A stretch of 64,000 nucleotides of DNA, taken from positions 18,538,001-18,602,000 of the forward strand of contig OZ024747.1 in assembly GCA_964016885.1 (NCBI GenBank). The letters run 5' to 3'. The notes under the pieces were generated by a model, which was not told where the DNA came from, did no database searches, and saw only the letters and a program-made list of their open reading frames with translations. The translations under genes and the position numbers were made by a program. How positions within the stretch are numbered: position 1 is the stretch's first letter; every line of letters begins with the position of its first letter. This stretch comes from Eledone cirrhosa (lineage: Eukaryota). This document shows positions 41,685-55,443 of this stretch, piece by piece.

Positions 41685-42027
41685 GGAAACTATATTTATA
41701 AAACCATATTTATTTCATTATATATATTTCAGGGATATCATATTAACAATATGTTATGCCTTCCTCAGACAAAATACAATATAGACAGTTTTATAGATAA
41801 ATAGATTTGACATACCGTTCAACATCGACTTGTATTTGAAAAAGTTGATTTGGCAAATCAACTTTTTCAAATACAAGTCGATGTTGAACGGTATGTCAAA
41901 TCTATTTATCTATAAAACTGTCTATATTGTATTTTGTCTGAGGAAGGCATAACATATTGTTAATATGATATCCCTGAAATATATATAATGAAATAAATAT
42001 GGTTTTATAAATATAGTTTCCATTTAT
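41679..42027. mobile_element. 349-bp palindrome with a hammerhead in each arm, between (TA)n tracts
   Basis: Centre GATTTG-G-CAAATC at 41853. Confidence 0.92.
41931..41994 (+). ncRNA. Type I minimal hammerhead ribozyme
   Basis: ATTTTGT-CTGAGGA-AGG-[CATATT GTT AATATG]-CCT-GAAA-TATATA-TA-ATGAAAT. Confidence 0.8.
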
Positions 42028-42035
42028 TTAATATC

Positions 42036-42095
<60 letters not shown>

Positions 42096-42387
42096 ATATT
42101 TGTATATGTGTGTGTGTAGATATACATTGATGAGCCACCACAAATGAAGTAGTTTTATCTGGCTAAAGTGTCGTTCTAGATGACTCTATAGAACATGTTT
42201 CACTTTCAGCAGTTATCTCCAAACCCTGCTTGTATTTCCTTCACAGATTTTGTTTAGTTAATGTTTATAGTTTATTATATTTGTTTTATCAGGTGGCTGA
42301 GTACAAATACAAAAATTTGATTAATGTAATTAGGCTTCCTGTTTCATAGCTATAGCCCCCTCTCTCTCTCACATACACAGACACACG

Positions 42388-42433
<46 letters not shown>

Positions 42434-42459
42434 CATGACTACGGATACATATGTGTATA

Positions 42460-42542
<83 letters not shown>

Positions 42543-42550
42543 GAATACGG

Positions 42551-42664
<114 letters not shown>

Positions 42665-42822
42665 ATATATACACACACATGAATACGGATACATATATAT
42701 ATATATATATATATATATGAGTGTGTCATGTATATAAACTCTTTTGCGTGCACACACATGAATTTAATGCAGAAAAGAGAGACAGGTCTTCCGATGACGC
42801 ATATATATACATATGATACATC

Positions 42823-42874
<52 letters not shown>

Positions 42875-42882
42875 TTTTAAAG

Positions 42883-43211
42883 CGATGAAATACCAATGAA
42901 GGTTGGAAAATCACTGACGAAGGACTATTTTTATCATATGTAACCCATGTGCAACTACGCAGTATTCTTTCTTCTCGTGTTTATATATATATATATATAT
43001 ATATATAAACACGAGAAGAAAGAATACTGCGTGGTTGCACATGGGTTACATATAATAAAAATAGTCCTTCGTCAGTGATTTTCCAACCTTCATTGGTATT
43101 ATATATATATAAACACGAGAAGAAAGAATACTGCGTGGTTGCACATGGGTTACATATAATAAAAATAGTCCTTCGTCAGTGATTTTCCAACCTTCATTGG
43201 TATTTCATCGG

Positions 43212-43212
<1 letters not shown>
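42883..43212. repeat. One forward and two inverted copies of a ~100-bp unit separated by (TA)n
   Basis: 42883-42982 (+), 43006-43100 (-), 43110-43212 (-). Confidence 0.85.
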
Positions 43213-43253
<41 letters not shown>

Positions 43254-43510
43254 GAAGGTTAAAGATCCCATAACTCCTTGTGGAGTCATAGAGACACCGT
43301 TATAGGTGTGTCTAGGACACTTTCAAACCGAGCGGAGCCCAACCCTCTCCAGATCTGAACACAGTCGATATTTTCTATAGAGAAAGAATGGACTGCAGTA
43401 TTCGACTGGTACTTTTTTATATCGACCTCGAAAGGATGATAGGCAAAGTGGACCACAGTGTGATTTGAACTTAGAATGCGCAATGAGGATATATATATAT
43501 ATGTATGTGT

Positions 43511-43586
<76 letters not shown>

Positions 43587-43699
43587 TTGTGTATATGTGT
43601 GTACGAGAAAGAGTAAGATAGCAGTGTTAAGTTCTGGAGATGAATAATATTCCAAAATGTATGTTTGTTATAATGATCTTGTTGTTGTATTATTATTTT

Positions 43700-43882
43700 T
43701 GGCAGTATCGGTAGAGGGTCGGACGCCATGCTTTGACGCATAGAGTTACGGCCCTTGCCATTCTGAGTTCAAATCCTGCCAAGGTTAACTTTGCCTTTCA
43801 TCCTTACGTGGTCGATAAAATAAAGTACCAGTAACACACTGGGTAATTGCTGGCCTTGTGCCAAGAGTAGAAACAATTATTA
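43700..43882 (+). mobile_element. Main-family SINE
   Basis: Homology to other copies; TSD ATTATTATTTT. Confidence 0.9.
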
Positions 43883-44374
43883 TTTTAGTGGCACAAAGCT
43901 GACAGCTCGTCTAATGACATCAGTTAAGATAGTAAACCTTAATGTCTCGTCTTTGAGAGCAGCGTCACTCCTTTGTCACTTCCGTTTCCGGTTCCTGTCA
44001 GCCAAGTTAACTCTAAAATTATGTTCCCTTTGGCCCTTATGAGATTTATCTCTTGCTTCCACCCCCTACACCATCTCTCTCGGTGTGTCTCTCTCTATTT
44101 TATCCTATCCCTATTACTGGTTATCTCACATCATTTGCTAACTTTATTTCCTCTTTTTTGTCAACCCCATCTTTCATATGGTTTATATCTAAGTTAGCAG
44201 TCATACAGCCCTTATATATATATATAAGGCCGCTTTCTGTTATTTATCAAATATTTCTTCATAGGAGCCTTTATTCTTATAGCCTAGTCTAATTGATTTT
44301 TTATATGGTTAATTATGTTAATTTGGAGAGGAAATGGTATATATTTTATCTAATAATTCTAAGGACATGATTTA

Positions 44375-44412
<38 letters not shown>

Positions 44413-44442
44413 GTAGGGTTGCAAGGTAAATGCCTCCGTAGG

Positions 44443-44525
<83 letters not shown>

Positions 44526-44744
44526 CAAATATAAATTAGCGAGAATCGTATTTCGGCTTTGGAATTAACGAAAATTAACTTCCGAGATGTGTGGCAAGCG
44601 CTCAATAATTCTGACGAACCAGAGCTACAACATACGTTAAAGGCCAAACACACTGAGACGATGGTTAAACCGTCATCCGCACAGACATAGAAACGACCAA
44701 GTAATTCGGGTCAAACAAATAAAAAAAATATGTGATTGAAAAAT

Positions 44745-44780
<36 letters not shown>

Positions 44781-44784
44781 AATA

Positions 44785-44975
44785 TATAAGATCAAAAGAT
44801 GGTTAAATGAGGTCCATGTAATTTATTATGCGCATTTCAAAAACAAATATCATCATGCAATAACATTTGTGTTTTCATCAGATAAAATAGGGAGACATGA
44901 TATCAAGGTTAAAAACACTTGTGGATAGTGCAGTTTTAAATCATCATATGTTGATTTAAAACTGCACTATCCACA
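44785..44975 (-). mobile_element. Diverged sibling of the 41050 element with hammerhead and short fold-back
   Basis: HHR on the minus strand at 44822-44886; fold-back centre about 44947; (TA)n on both sides. Confidence 0.85.
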
Positions 44976-45815
44976 TATATATATATATATATATGAAAGA
45001 GAGAGAGAGAGAGGAGGAGATAATAGCAAGCACATTTGAATAAAAAATAAGTTTCTCCCGGTATAAATAAATTAAGGTACCAGTAAAAATTGGTTATAAT
45101 CAGGGCCTTTAAATGCAGACTTTTCAATCAGTATATCGATCTGGGCTTGGAGAGACGAGAGGTGGAGTGGATGTACATTTATAACACCCTTCAAAACTTT
45201 TCAGCCTCTTTGAAGTTTTGAAAGAGAGTTCCTTAACATAAGCTTGAAAGCAGTCTTGTTCTTAAAGGCCCCAACTTTACCCATCCCTCCAAATTTGAGA
45301 TCTTACGTTTACATAATAAATATAAGGTCGATCAACAAATAATTATTAGTCCAGTGACTGACTGATTCCAAAGACACTGCGCAGTGCTGGCAATTAGCTA
45401 TGAACCATCAAACCTTTGGTTAGCAAGACCACTCTCGGATAACTAACATAATTGATTTTGGGTTTAATAAATACGAGAAATCAAAATTATATGTAATTCT
45501 GGAATTTAAAACAAAAATTCAGAAGTTTGTGGAAATTCCGCTCCACACAAATACTTTCCTCTTTGTTTCAGTAAGGACCATAGTATCAGTGATTGTAGCC
45601 CTTAAGGCATGGCAGTGCTATCATTAGTCCAATTCGACAAGGTGCGCATTACTGAACCTTAAAGGACCGGAGTGTTGTATACATTTGTATTATTAATTAA
45701 AATGTATAGTAATTTCCTGTGATCATATCATTTCGGAGAATGGGGTGGATAACTGGAAGAAGGGAGCACAAATTGTAGTGCTACCCTCGGGAACAAACTA
45801 GCCATGTGTCGACTC

Positions 45816-45991
45816 TGTCGGATTTACCATTACGAATAGATGTGCTGCTTAAGCCCAGGACCCCGTTGGCCAGGAGGCGGGGGCGTCTTCCTGCCAAAAA
45901 AAAAAAAAAAAATTTACGAAAAAGTTTTCAAATGTTTGGGGCCTCATAACTTAACTAGCACAGGGCCTCATTTGTCCTAAACCCGGCACTG
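45816..45991 (-). mobile_element. hAT-like MITE
   Basis: Homologous to 62088-62236; right end CCGGCACTG; ACTCTGTC 8-mer on both sides (probable TSD). Confidence 0.7.
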
Positions 45992-46275
45992 ACTCTGTCT
46001 AAAGGTGAGCATATAATACGTTTCTATTTTGCTTTCGTGTTGTAGCTATTGCTTAAACCGAAAGCTCTCAACCGAGTGGAAATCACTAAAAATGGTCGAG
46101 CAGGAAATACTGCCAATGGTTCGTTTTTAATAGTCGAGTATCTTCGCAATTAGTTTTTCTTTACCCTCTCGAAGAGAAACTGAATTAACCAATCAAAAAG
46201 AAGCTATTTAAAACTAAACTACTTCTGCACTACAGTGAAAGAGAGAAATAGATAGATGGAAAGATGGATAGATAA

Positions 46276-46306
<31 letters not shown>

Positions 46307-46310
46307 GATA

Positions 46311-46684
46311 TGTTTCTTTTTATTTGCCACCAGGGCATCAAAAAGTGGGACAAGTACAATGGGGGGGGGGGTTACAAAACAAGGCGTCCTCAATAAGGAG
46401 GAGGCAATAACAAAATATAAAATAAAATAAAATATAACAAAATAAAATTTATAACAAAATCCTCAATAGAGAGGAGGCGCCTTGGGGGGTCGCACCCCCC
46501 CCCCCCCGAAAAAAGTGTGCAACCCTTCTCCTCAGGAGCACAGAGAGGGGGTGCTCCCTCGTTCCTTCCTCTTTTCCACCTACAGGCTTATGTAAAGAGA
46601 AGGTCCATTCACACGGGCCATTCTCGCCACTTTCACCCACCTTTCATAAAAACGACTGGGGTGGAGCACCTCTCTCTCCATCCT

Positions 46685-46685
<1 letters not shown>
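46311..46685 (-). mobile_element. LINE 3' end (L1/Tx1-like, tentative) inserted in (GATA)n
   Basis: Minus-strand ORF end RMEREVLHPSRFYERWVKVARMARVNGPSLYISL*, 3' UTR with AATAAA, (GATA)n on both sides. Confidence 0.5.
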
Positions 46686-46718
<33 letters not shown>

Positions 46719-47280
46719 GTGATAGATAAACCAGACAGATATAAATAGCTATAGATAGAGGATAGAGAGAGAGAGAGGGGGAGAGGGAGAGAGGAGAGAG
46801 AGAGAGGGGAGAGAGTGAGAGAGAGAGAGAGAGAAAGAGATTGTTAATAGATAGATAGATGGAGAGATAGTCAAAGGCAGACAAATATAGATAGATAGAG
46901 AGGGAGAAAAAATAGGCTGCCAAAAAAACATAGAAGATTTTGATGATATTTCTGCAATGAAGTCTATTTACATTTCATATCGGACTTGTGCGATAGGATG
47001 TGCTAGCTATCAAGTTACCAGTTACTCACTTGGTAACGTTTCCTCATCTTCCGACATGGAGTTTTTATGTCCATATATTTCATCTGATCGTTTCTCTTTA
47101 TCTCTTCAATGTCATCGTGCTGATGATGATGACTATAATGACTAAGAAGATGATGATGATGTATCAGTGACGCTAGCAAGATAAATACTGGCATGATGTA
47201 ATCCAGATAACATAAAAATACGCGGGCACGTATACATTATGTATATATATATATATATAAATATATATGAGAGGGGGAGA

Positions 47281-47355
<75 letters not shown>

Positions 47356-47399
47356 GAAAGTCTGCGGTGCCAAGTTCAGGGAAACCACAAATCAGAGTT

Positions 47400-47483
<84 letters not shown>

Positions 47484-47485
47484 AG

Positions 47486-47516
<31 letters not shown>

Positions 47517-48640
47517 TAATGTAATCAACTGAACTAATCTTATCAGCTTGAAGAACTAGCAAAGCAAAGCTAACTGACTTACTTTCTTTCAACTTTGTAT
47601 GTATGTATGTATGTATGGTGATATGTACCAATAAGTAAATAAACGATAGATAAAACAACGTTGTGAACGCGTATCTCTGTATTATGCAAATTAGTAAATT
47701 TAGTTAATTAATACATTTTCATGAATAAAAATTCGAAAATATAGTCAGAATTTATTATCAAAACGGAGTCATATGAACTTATTAAAAATATAAACAGCAA
47801 AGCAACATAACATCTTGAGTCATATAATGAGCCACTTAAGAAAAAGAAAACAGCAAGAAAGGAAATCATTTTCAGATGTTTTCTTCCTTTAAACGAAACG
47901 AAACGTGAATGAAACTTAAACATTTGGTTACCATATTTCTAATGAATGACACTGTCTATAATTTTCAAATAATTTTGAAAATAATAAAGAATTTGGTGTT
48001 TGAATCATAACTTAACAAAGATTTTTAATTAAAATTATGACGAAAAGCTTTTTGGATACATTTAAAACACATTGTATCGGATAACGAAGGGCGTTTCCTG
48101 ACGGTTTGGTATAAAACGGGTTAATAAGCTGCTTATATAGAAAAATAATTGAAATTTATATTTTTTAATTATATAACTTTTAGCATCCTGAAAAGATTTA
48201 GTAAAAAAAATGGCCTGAAAGCTGGTTTATTAATTCAAACTAGCAGAAAAACCACAATTCGGGTGGTTTTCTGCTAGCATGTGTAGTGTGCATATTGATA
48301 TTATACGCAAGTATATATGCATGTAGATATGATACATTTAATAAAATCGTAATTGACAATATACACAGAAATTGAACGAGGACTGCGTTACACTGTCTTA
48401 TGTAATCAGTAACGTAATACATGATACATTAAAAAAAGACGATATTATATATAAACTACATTAGGAGAAAATAAGTGACGGAAATATATGAATGTTTATT
48501 TAAGCGATCGCTAACCGGAAGTGTTGACGTTTGAAAATTTTAAAGAAGTGAATTTTAAAATAAGCAACAACATTATTTATATTTAATCAAGAATAACGAA
48601 ATTTAGTAGATAAATTATATAATATTCATTCATTATTTAT

Positions 48641-48825
48641 GTGGATTGGCAGTATCGGTAGAGGGTCGGGGACCATGCTTTCCAGCATAGTTACGTCCCT
48701 TTACGATCTGAGTTCAAATCCCGCCGAGGTTGACTTTGCTTTTCATCCTTATGGGGTCGATAAAATAAAGTACCAGTAATGCACTGGGTAATTGCTGGCC
48801 TTGTGCCTAAAAGTAGAAACAGTTA
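48641..48825 (+). mobile_element. Main-family SINE
   Basis: Homology to other copies; TTATTTAT flanks. Confidence 0.9.
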
Positions 48826-51439
48826 TTTATTCAAAGTAATCCAACTTATTTTACAAACGGGATAAAAAAAATATATTCTGGACGCAGTCCCGCACTCCTT
48901 ACTCTATTATAGTTTAGATATTTAATAGTATCGTTGCCAGTGGGCAGATTGTTGCTACAATTTGCAGTATTAAACTAAAGAGGTTAATTTCTAATATGTC
49001 GCAGTCATAGTATTATGTTGTACAGGACGTAAAGAGTTAAAGCGCAGGGAAAGCTGTTGCCACAATATATGTATGTTGTGCCTTGGCTACGTTTACATGA
49101 TGATTCAAATGACAAGAAGAGTTTTTTTTATATATAAATTGATACAGTGTTCTTAGTTGTTTGGATTGCAGTGTTTCATTTATTTACTTGAGTAAGATGT
49201 TGTTATATGACTCCTACTTAGCTCGTTAGGATCCTTGGGAAAGACATAAGTGTCTTGCAATTCCCTTGCCACCCACTCGTTGTTTGAAGCTAAAGTAGGG
49301 TTGCTCTTTGAATGATATAAAAATCCTTACTTCGTGAAAAGGTCACTGTCTCAATCGGCCTATTTAGGGAAACTAAATTATTTTTAAACTAGTCACAAGC
49401 CCACACATTTTGGGAAGAGTGCATAGTCGATTACATCACTTCCTAGTACTTCACTGGAAATTATTCAATTGACCCCAGGACGGATGAAAACGAAGTCAAC
49501 TCCGGCGAGTTTGAACACAGAAAGTGAAGGAGGTATAACTAAATATTGCCAACATTTTGTTTGATGTTCCATTGAATTTACCAATCCACCCTCTCAGTGA
49601 TTAGAATGTTTGACTCTGTAATAAAGGTCCTGAATTTCAAAGAAGGTGTAATGTAATGTGTTGTGTTCATGCCCTTATATAAGGGTAAGAGCGTTTTTTT
49701 TTAAAGGAAATCTAAATTTCATTGGTCCAGACCATCTAACTGTAAATTAGATAACGCAAGATAGCATGAGATAATCTTTCGGATAATTAATCTCATTATT
49801 TGAGGTAAAAATATATTATTTAATATTTACATTATTTAATATTTACATTATACAACGTTTCGATTTCATTTATCTCCGACCAGCATCACATGTTTTATTC
49901 GTGTATATGTATGTAGTGCTAGATTAGAATCCCACACGGTAAATAAAAATAAAAAATGGACAGAGGCGTTGGAATTAGGGGGCAGTGTGTCTTGAGTGTC
50001 TTAACGCACTCACTCGGCATTCGAGAGATACAGGGTTCAATTCATCACAGGTACCTCTGTTCATTTTTTCCTTTTCCAGGTTACTTTACCCGATTTCCTC
50101 AACTATTACTTATAGTGACCGACTGTTGTTATTGGCGTCATTTGCGTTGGGACGCATACATTTCAAGTTTCAAATTTTCTCAATGCTTCTTGAGTCAACC
50201 GTGTTTATACACACACATATATATGTATATACATATATGTATGTACATATGTATATGTACACATTATGAATAGATATATCTATACAAATATATGTATATA
50301 AGCACATACACACACTAACACACACATGTAGTCACCATGTCTGTGTTAGTCATGAAATACTGTTGTAAGACTGAGGAGTAGAGGAGGTGATAGAAATCTT
50401 AGTCCAATTAATAGATGTTAACATATAAACTTCCTGTTTACTTTAAATACTTCAATATTGAAGTTTCTGCATATAATTTTAACTAATAACACTTCTTCAG
50501 CACAAAACTAATGAGAGTGTAGAATCTTGGGCAAACGTTGTGAATCTCTACATGGTCGTTCAACCTACTAGAAATAGCAACCAGAATATCTTCTCAAATA
50601 ATCTTTATGATCTGATCGCCGAATTTCTAAAAAAAAAGACCCCAAAATCCCAAAAGACAAAAAAGGAAACGAATAAAATAAACGAGATATTCATGGCTGA
50701 AAATTTTAAAGGTTCATGCTGGCTGTCTGTGTATGCATTTCTGTCTGTCTGTCTGTCTGTCTGTATGTATGTATTTTTTGTGTGCGGAGCGAGAGACTCC
50801 TAATCTTCATTAAGACGTCTCTCTAGGAGAAGATCATTCTAATATAAAACCTGCGACTTCCTTTGCATCCAATGATGTAGACCAGTTCTTCTTTTGGGGC
50901 GAATGCATTCGATTTTCAGAGAGTGGGTTTGGTTCCGTGCAAAGCCTTTTCTCATTTAAAAAAGCTTCAAGCACAGGCATCGCTTGATATTTGATTTGTT
51001 AGCGATGCATGGGATTGCTGTCTACAGATGAGTCCCTAGCAGGACAAGGAAGCTGCGTCTGTGATGCTCATGTTTAAGTATCAAGCGATGGCATTACTCG
51101 AAATCGAGTTGCAACTATTATATATATATGTATGTAAGTATGTATATATGTATGTAGTTACCGATGATGTTGATCTATTCTTCTTTTCGGGTTATAGCTA
51201 CTGTCGCTCGGAGAGTGGGATTGGCTCAGTGCACAGTCTTTCCTCACTTAAAAAAAATCTTCACGCACAGGCATTGTATAATAGAATTAGTTAATAATTA
51301 TTAATAATGTTATATTGTGCAATAGCCATACTTGATAACGAGTGGGCAGCCATCATGTATGTATGTATGTATGTATGTATGTATGTATGTATGTATGTAT
51401 GTATGTATGTATGTATGTATGTATGTATGTATGTATGTG

Positions 51440-52043
51440 TTACCAGTTGGTGCTACTGGTAACACGTATCCCAGTACAACCTGTCTCATGGTCGGGTCGT
51501 TGGCGACTAAAATGGCAACCCCCACCAAGGTTTCTTGGTGAGGAGGGTGACTTTGGACATCCTGCAGCACTAAAAACAAAACCTGTCAAAGGGCAAAGGA
51601 GCTTTTAAGAGTCAATGGCCATCCAAAATCACCGGGAGAGATGACCCCTTAGCCTTTGTCAAGGCAGAATTCTAGGAGAAGGAAAACTCTGATATAACAC
51701 CTGCAACCCTGATGGTATCCAATGATGTTGATTTGTTCTTCTTTTTGGTAAATATCATCTTGGTTAAGAGAGTGGGACTGGCTTTGTGCAGTGCCTTTGC
51801 TCACTATAAAAGCTTCACGGCACAGGCATTGCTTTATATCTGGAGATCTCTCTGCACTTGTCGTCACATGGTACCATGGGCCCAGCACTGTGTCAATAAT
51901 TGTCACAAGTGTAGTGTTTGTACCAGAGTTTTCATGTCGCTGGCTGGACTAAAAAGTCACACTTGTTCAGCGCATCGGTAGGGGTTCTCCTACATGGATA
52001 TAAAGTAGTGGCCGTACTCGAAAACGAGTTGGCAGCCACCATG
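51440..52043 (+). mobile_element. Non-autonomous bipartite RTE derivative (~600 bp)
   Basis: RTE-type 5' UTR motif CTAGGAGAAGGAAAACTCTGAT, ORF tail CSVCTRVFMSLAGLKSHTCSAHR*, 3' hairpin CTCGAAAACGAG, located in (ATGT)n. Confidence 0.8.
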
Positions 52044-52077
52044 TATATATATATATATATATATGTATTAGTCCATA

Positions 52078-52142
<65 letters not shown>

Positions 52143-52671
52143 ATGAGCACACGTATATATGTATGCAAGCATGAATGTCATGCATGAAGTGTCTATATGT
52201 TTTGACTTATGTACATGTACACATATGCGTGCTACATGCTAAACTTATGGAATGTTTTACATATTTTCACAGTTTGTTTAATGGCTTGTAACGTAATTCC
52301 TTAATTAGCCGTGTCTTTTCTAGTTTTGTGAATTCCGGCTCCTTAAGACTGATACTGAGGTAGTTAGTTACATAACCAGGTGCACCAATAATTACAGGTA
52401 TAATTACAGCTGGAATATCTGAAGATTTCTCATTAGTTTGGCAATTTTCTCTTCTTTCATTCTTATATTTGAAATATATGTATGCATGTATGTATGTATG
52501 TTTTGTATGTATGTGTGTATGTAAGTATGTATGTTCTTATTATAATTTTATAAATTTTGTATATATCTATGTATATTTGTATATATGTGTGTATGTGTTG
52601 TATGTATGTATGAGTTGTGTATATGTTTTGTATATATGTATGTATGTTTGTATATATGTATGTATGTTTGT

Positions 52672-53276
52672 CACTAGTTGGTGCTACTGGTAACATGTAT
52701 CCCAGTACAACCTGTCCCATGGTCGGGTCGTTGGCGACTAAACTGGCAACCCCACCAAGGTTTCTTGGTGAGGAGGGTGACTTTGGACATCCTGCAGGAC
52801 TAAAAACAAAACCTGTCAAAAGGGCTAAGGAGCTCTTAAGAGTCAATGGCCATCCAAAATCACCGGGAGAGATGACCCCTTAGCCTTTGTCAAGGCAGAA
52901 TTCTAGGAGAAGGAAAACTCTGATATAACACCTGCAACCCTGATGGTATCCAATGATGTTGACTTCTTCTTCTTTTTGGTAAATATCATCTTGGTTAAGA
53001 GAGTGGGACTGGCTTTGTGCAGTGCCTTTGCTCACTATAAAAGCTTCACAGCACAGGCATTGCTTTATATCTGGAGATCTCTCTGCACTTGTCGTCACAT
53101 GGTACCATGGGCCCAGCACTATGTGTCAATAATTGTCACAAGTGTAGTGTTTGTACCAGAGTTTTCAAGTCGCTGGCTGGACTTAAAAGTCACACTCGTT
53201 CAGCGCATCGGTAGGGGTTCTCCTACATGGATATAAAGTAGTGGCCGTACTCGAAAACGAGTTGGCAGCCACCATG
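52672..53276 (+). mobile_element. Non-autonomous bipartite RTE derivative flanked by ~185-bp direct repeats
   Basis: Near-identical to 51440-52043; flank 52487-52671 is repeated at about 53311-53501. Confidence 0.82.
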
Positions 53277-53759
53277 TATGTATGTATGTATGTATGTATG
53301 TATGTATGTATGTATGTATGTATGTTTTGTATGTATGTATGTGTGTATGTAAGTATGTATGTTCTTATTATAATTTTATAAATTTTGTATATATCTGTGT
53401 ATGTTTGTATATATGTGTGTATGTGTTGTATGTATGTATGAGTTGTGTATATGTTTTGTATATATATGTATGTATGTTTGTATATATGTATGTATGTTTG
53501 TATATATGTATGTATGCGTTGTATACATTTATGTAAGTATGAGTTATGTATATGTTTTGGATGTATGCGTTGTATAGGTAAGTGCAATAACAATGTATAG
53601 GTAATAATTGTTTCTACGTTAGGCACAAGGCCAGCAATTACCCAGTGTATTACTGGTACTTTAATAACGTTTTATAGGTAAGTGCAATAACAATGTATAG
53701 GTAATAATAACGTTGTATAGGTAAGTACAATAACAATGTATAGGTAATAATAACGTTGT

Positions 53760-54085
53760 ATAGGTAAGTGCAATAACAATGGCCTACTTCTGTTGCAGAT
53801 GTAACTGAGATGGATCTTGTTGTTGGGAACACGCTCTTTCAGCAGAAAGATAAATATAAGACAACTTGGATGCATCCGGGTTCCAAGAAGTGGCACCTTA
53901 TTGACTTTGTTTTAACGAGGAAATATGATATCAGAGATATCACATTGGTTCGTGTATTGCGAGGCGCGGAATGTTTGACTGACCATCGTCTGGTGCGCGC
54001 CAAATTTCAATTTGTTGTGAAGCCCAAAGTAAGGGGGAAGAAGGTTGCACTTCCAAAACAACTAAACGTGGCTCGTCTGAAGACA
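53760..54085 (+). pseudogene. RTE LINE apurinic endonuclease fragment
   Basis: IGKCNNNGLL...LVVGNTLFQQKDKYKTTWMHPGSKKWHLIDFVL...CLTDHRLVRAK; its 5' end is tandemly amplified (43-bp unit, 53566-53780). Confidence 0.88.
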
Positions 54086-54476
54086 ATCATGATATATCAG
54101 GTTCGATCTCATTGAGTGACATCTTGGAGAAGCATAGTTTTACAATAGCTTCAGTTCGACTCCAAGCCTTGTGAATGAAATTTGGTAGAATCTTTAAGGA
54201 ATCCAGTCTGCTGCACTGTACCTGTAATTCCAATAATTTAAAGAACCAGACTTTTCAGACGCTGTCATGCTAATTCTGACCTGGAATTACGTTAATAGCA
54301 TACATGCCTGTAGAATACTCAGCCATGTGCAACTGGAATACATAACGTTGAAATTGTCGGAGATCCATTTACATTACTTCTATCTCAGTCTGTCTATCTC
54401 TTTCACTCAACCCCTGCCTTTAATTTTATCTCTCTTTCTTTTTGCACATGCCTATATATGGCAAATTGTTCCCACA

Positions 54477-54645
54477 GGGGGTGGTGACAGTATATTATAA
54501 AGTGAAACCAGGAAACGAACTTCCGCTTCTACAACATCCATGTGAACAATATAATTTACATTCTGCTAGGGGATGGTGACAGTATATTATAAAGTGATAC
54601 CAGGAAACGAATTTTCGTTTCTAATATATCCATATGTACAATATG
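54477..54645. repeat. ~91-bp tandem duplication
   Basis: TGGTGACAGTATATTATAAAGTGA occurs twice. Confidence 0.8.
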
Positions 54646-55315
54646 TACATTTTTCTGCTAAATATTTATCTAATTTCCTCAATCTCACAATTAAATCCCC
54701 TGGGGGTAATAAAAATAAATAAATAAAATAAAAAATTTAAATAAAAACACTATTTCGAAGATTATATGATAAGCAATGAGATACTCCAAATTGAATTATG
54801 TGAGATTGATCGAAGCTAGGGAATATTTCAGTTAAATATATTTTCAAAAATAATAATTATTTATTTACTGTTTAATTAAGAAGTTGTGCGTATGACCCTT
54901 TTAGGACCTCCGAGACTGATGGGAGGGTGTCATCAAACCGGAGAGCTGGTCTGAATGTTTGCAACAGAGTTGACCTAATTCAGGGCACCCAAGATACAAT
55001 CTGTATATATGTCGTGCCTACTTTAGTACATGTCTCTTGCTTTGACGATGATCCGAGTATTTTAATTCTGTCGCTGTGTTAAAAAGGAACGGTAGTTCGA
55101 ATCTTAGTACCTAGGCTACGCTTTGTCCTTGATCCATCAATTGTCAACGATACAGCGCCACACCTCTTAGTAAAAAAAAAACTTTGGAAATCATCTCTAA
55201 TCCATGACATGAATGACACCAGGAAAAGAAACGCTGTTTAGTCAAAGCTGGTGAGGAGGATGAGGAGGGAAAGGTGCCTACCTATAACATTAAAGATCTG
55301 ATGGGTCTACAAGAC

Positions 55316-55443
55316 TTGGTGGGGCTACATTTCATATCTGGCATTAGCCTATTACCCACTTTCAGTAGATGTTGGTGGGGCTACATTTCATATCTGGCAT
55401 TAGCCTATTACCAACTTTCAGTAGATGTTGGTGGGGCTACATT
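55316..55443. repeat. 56-bp tandem repeat, about 2.3 copies
   Basis: TTGGTGGGGCTACATT at 55316, 55372 and 55428. Confidence 0.85.

Noticed and set aside
42125-42172. TTGATGA-GCCA...TGGC-TAAA hammerhead-like motif
   Set aside because: Two core nucleotides are wrong and there is no stem I
47916-48124. TTAA-bounded piggyBac-like MITE (similar piece at 10720-10890)
   Set aside because: Termini too degenerate to establish TIRs by eye
52685-52750. HDV-like ribozyme at the 5' end of the RTE derivative
   Set aside because: CCAGT/ACTGG and a TCG-TTGG-CGA-CTAA segment are suggestive, but P1, P3 and L3 could not be built convincingly by eye; needs an RNAmotif/Infernal test
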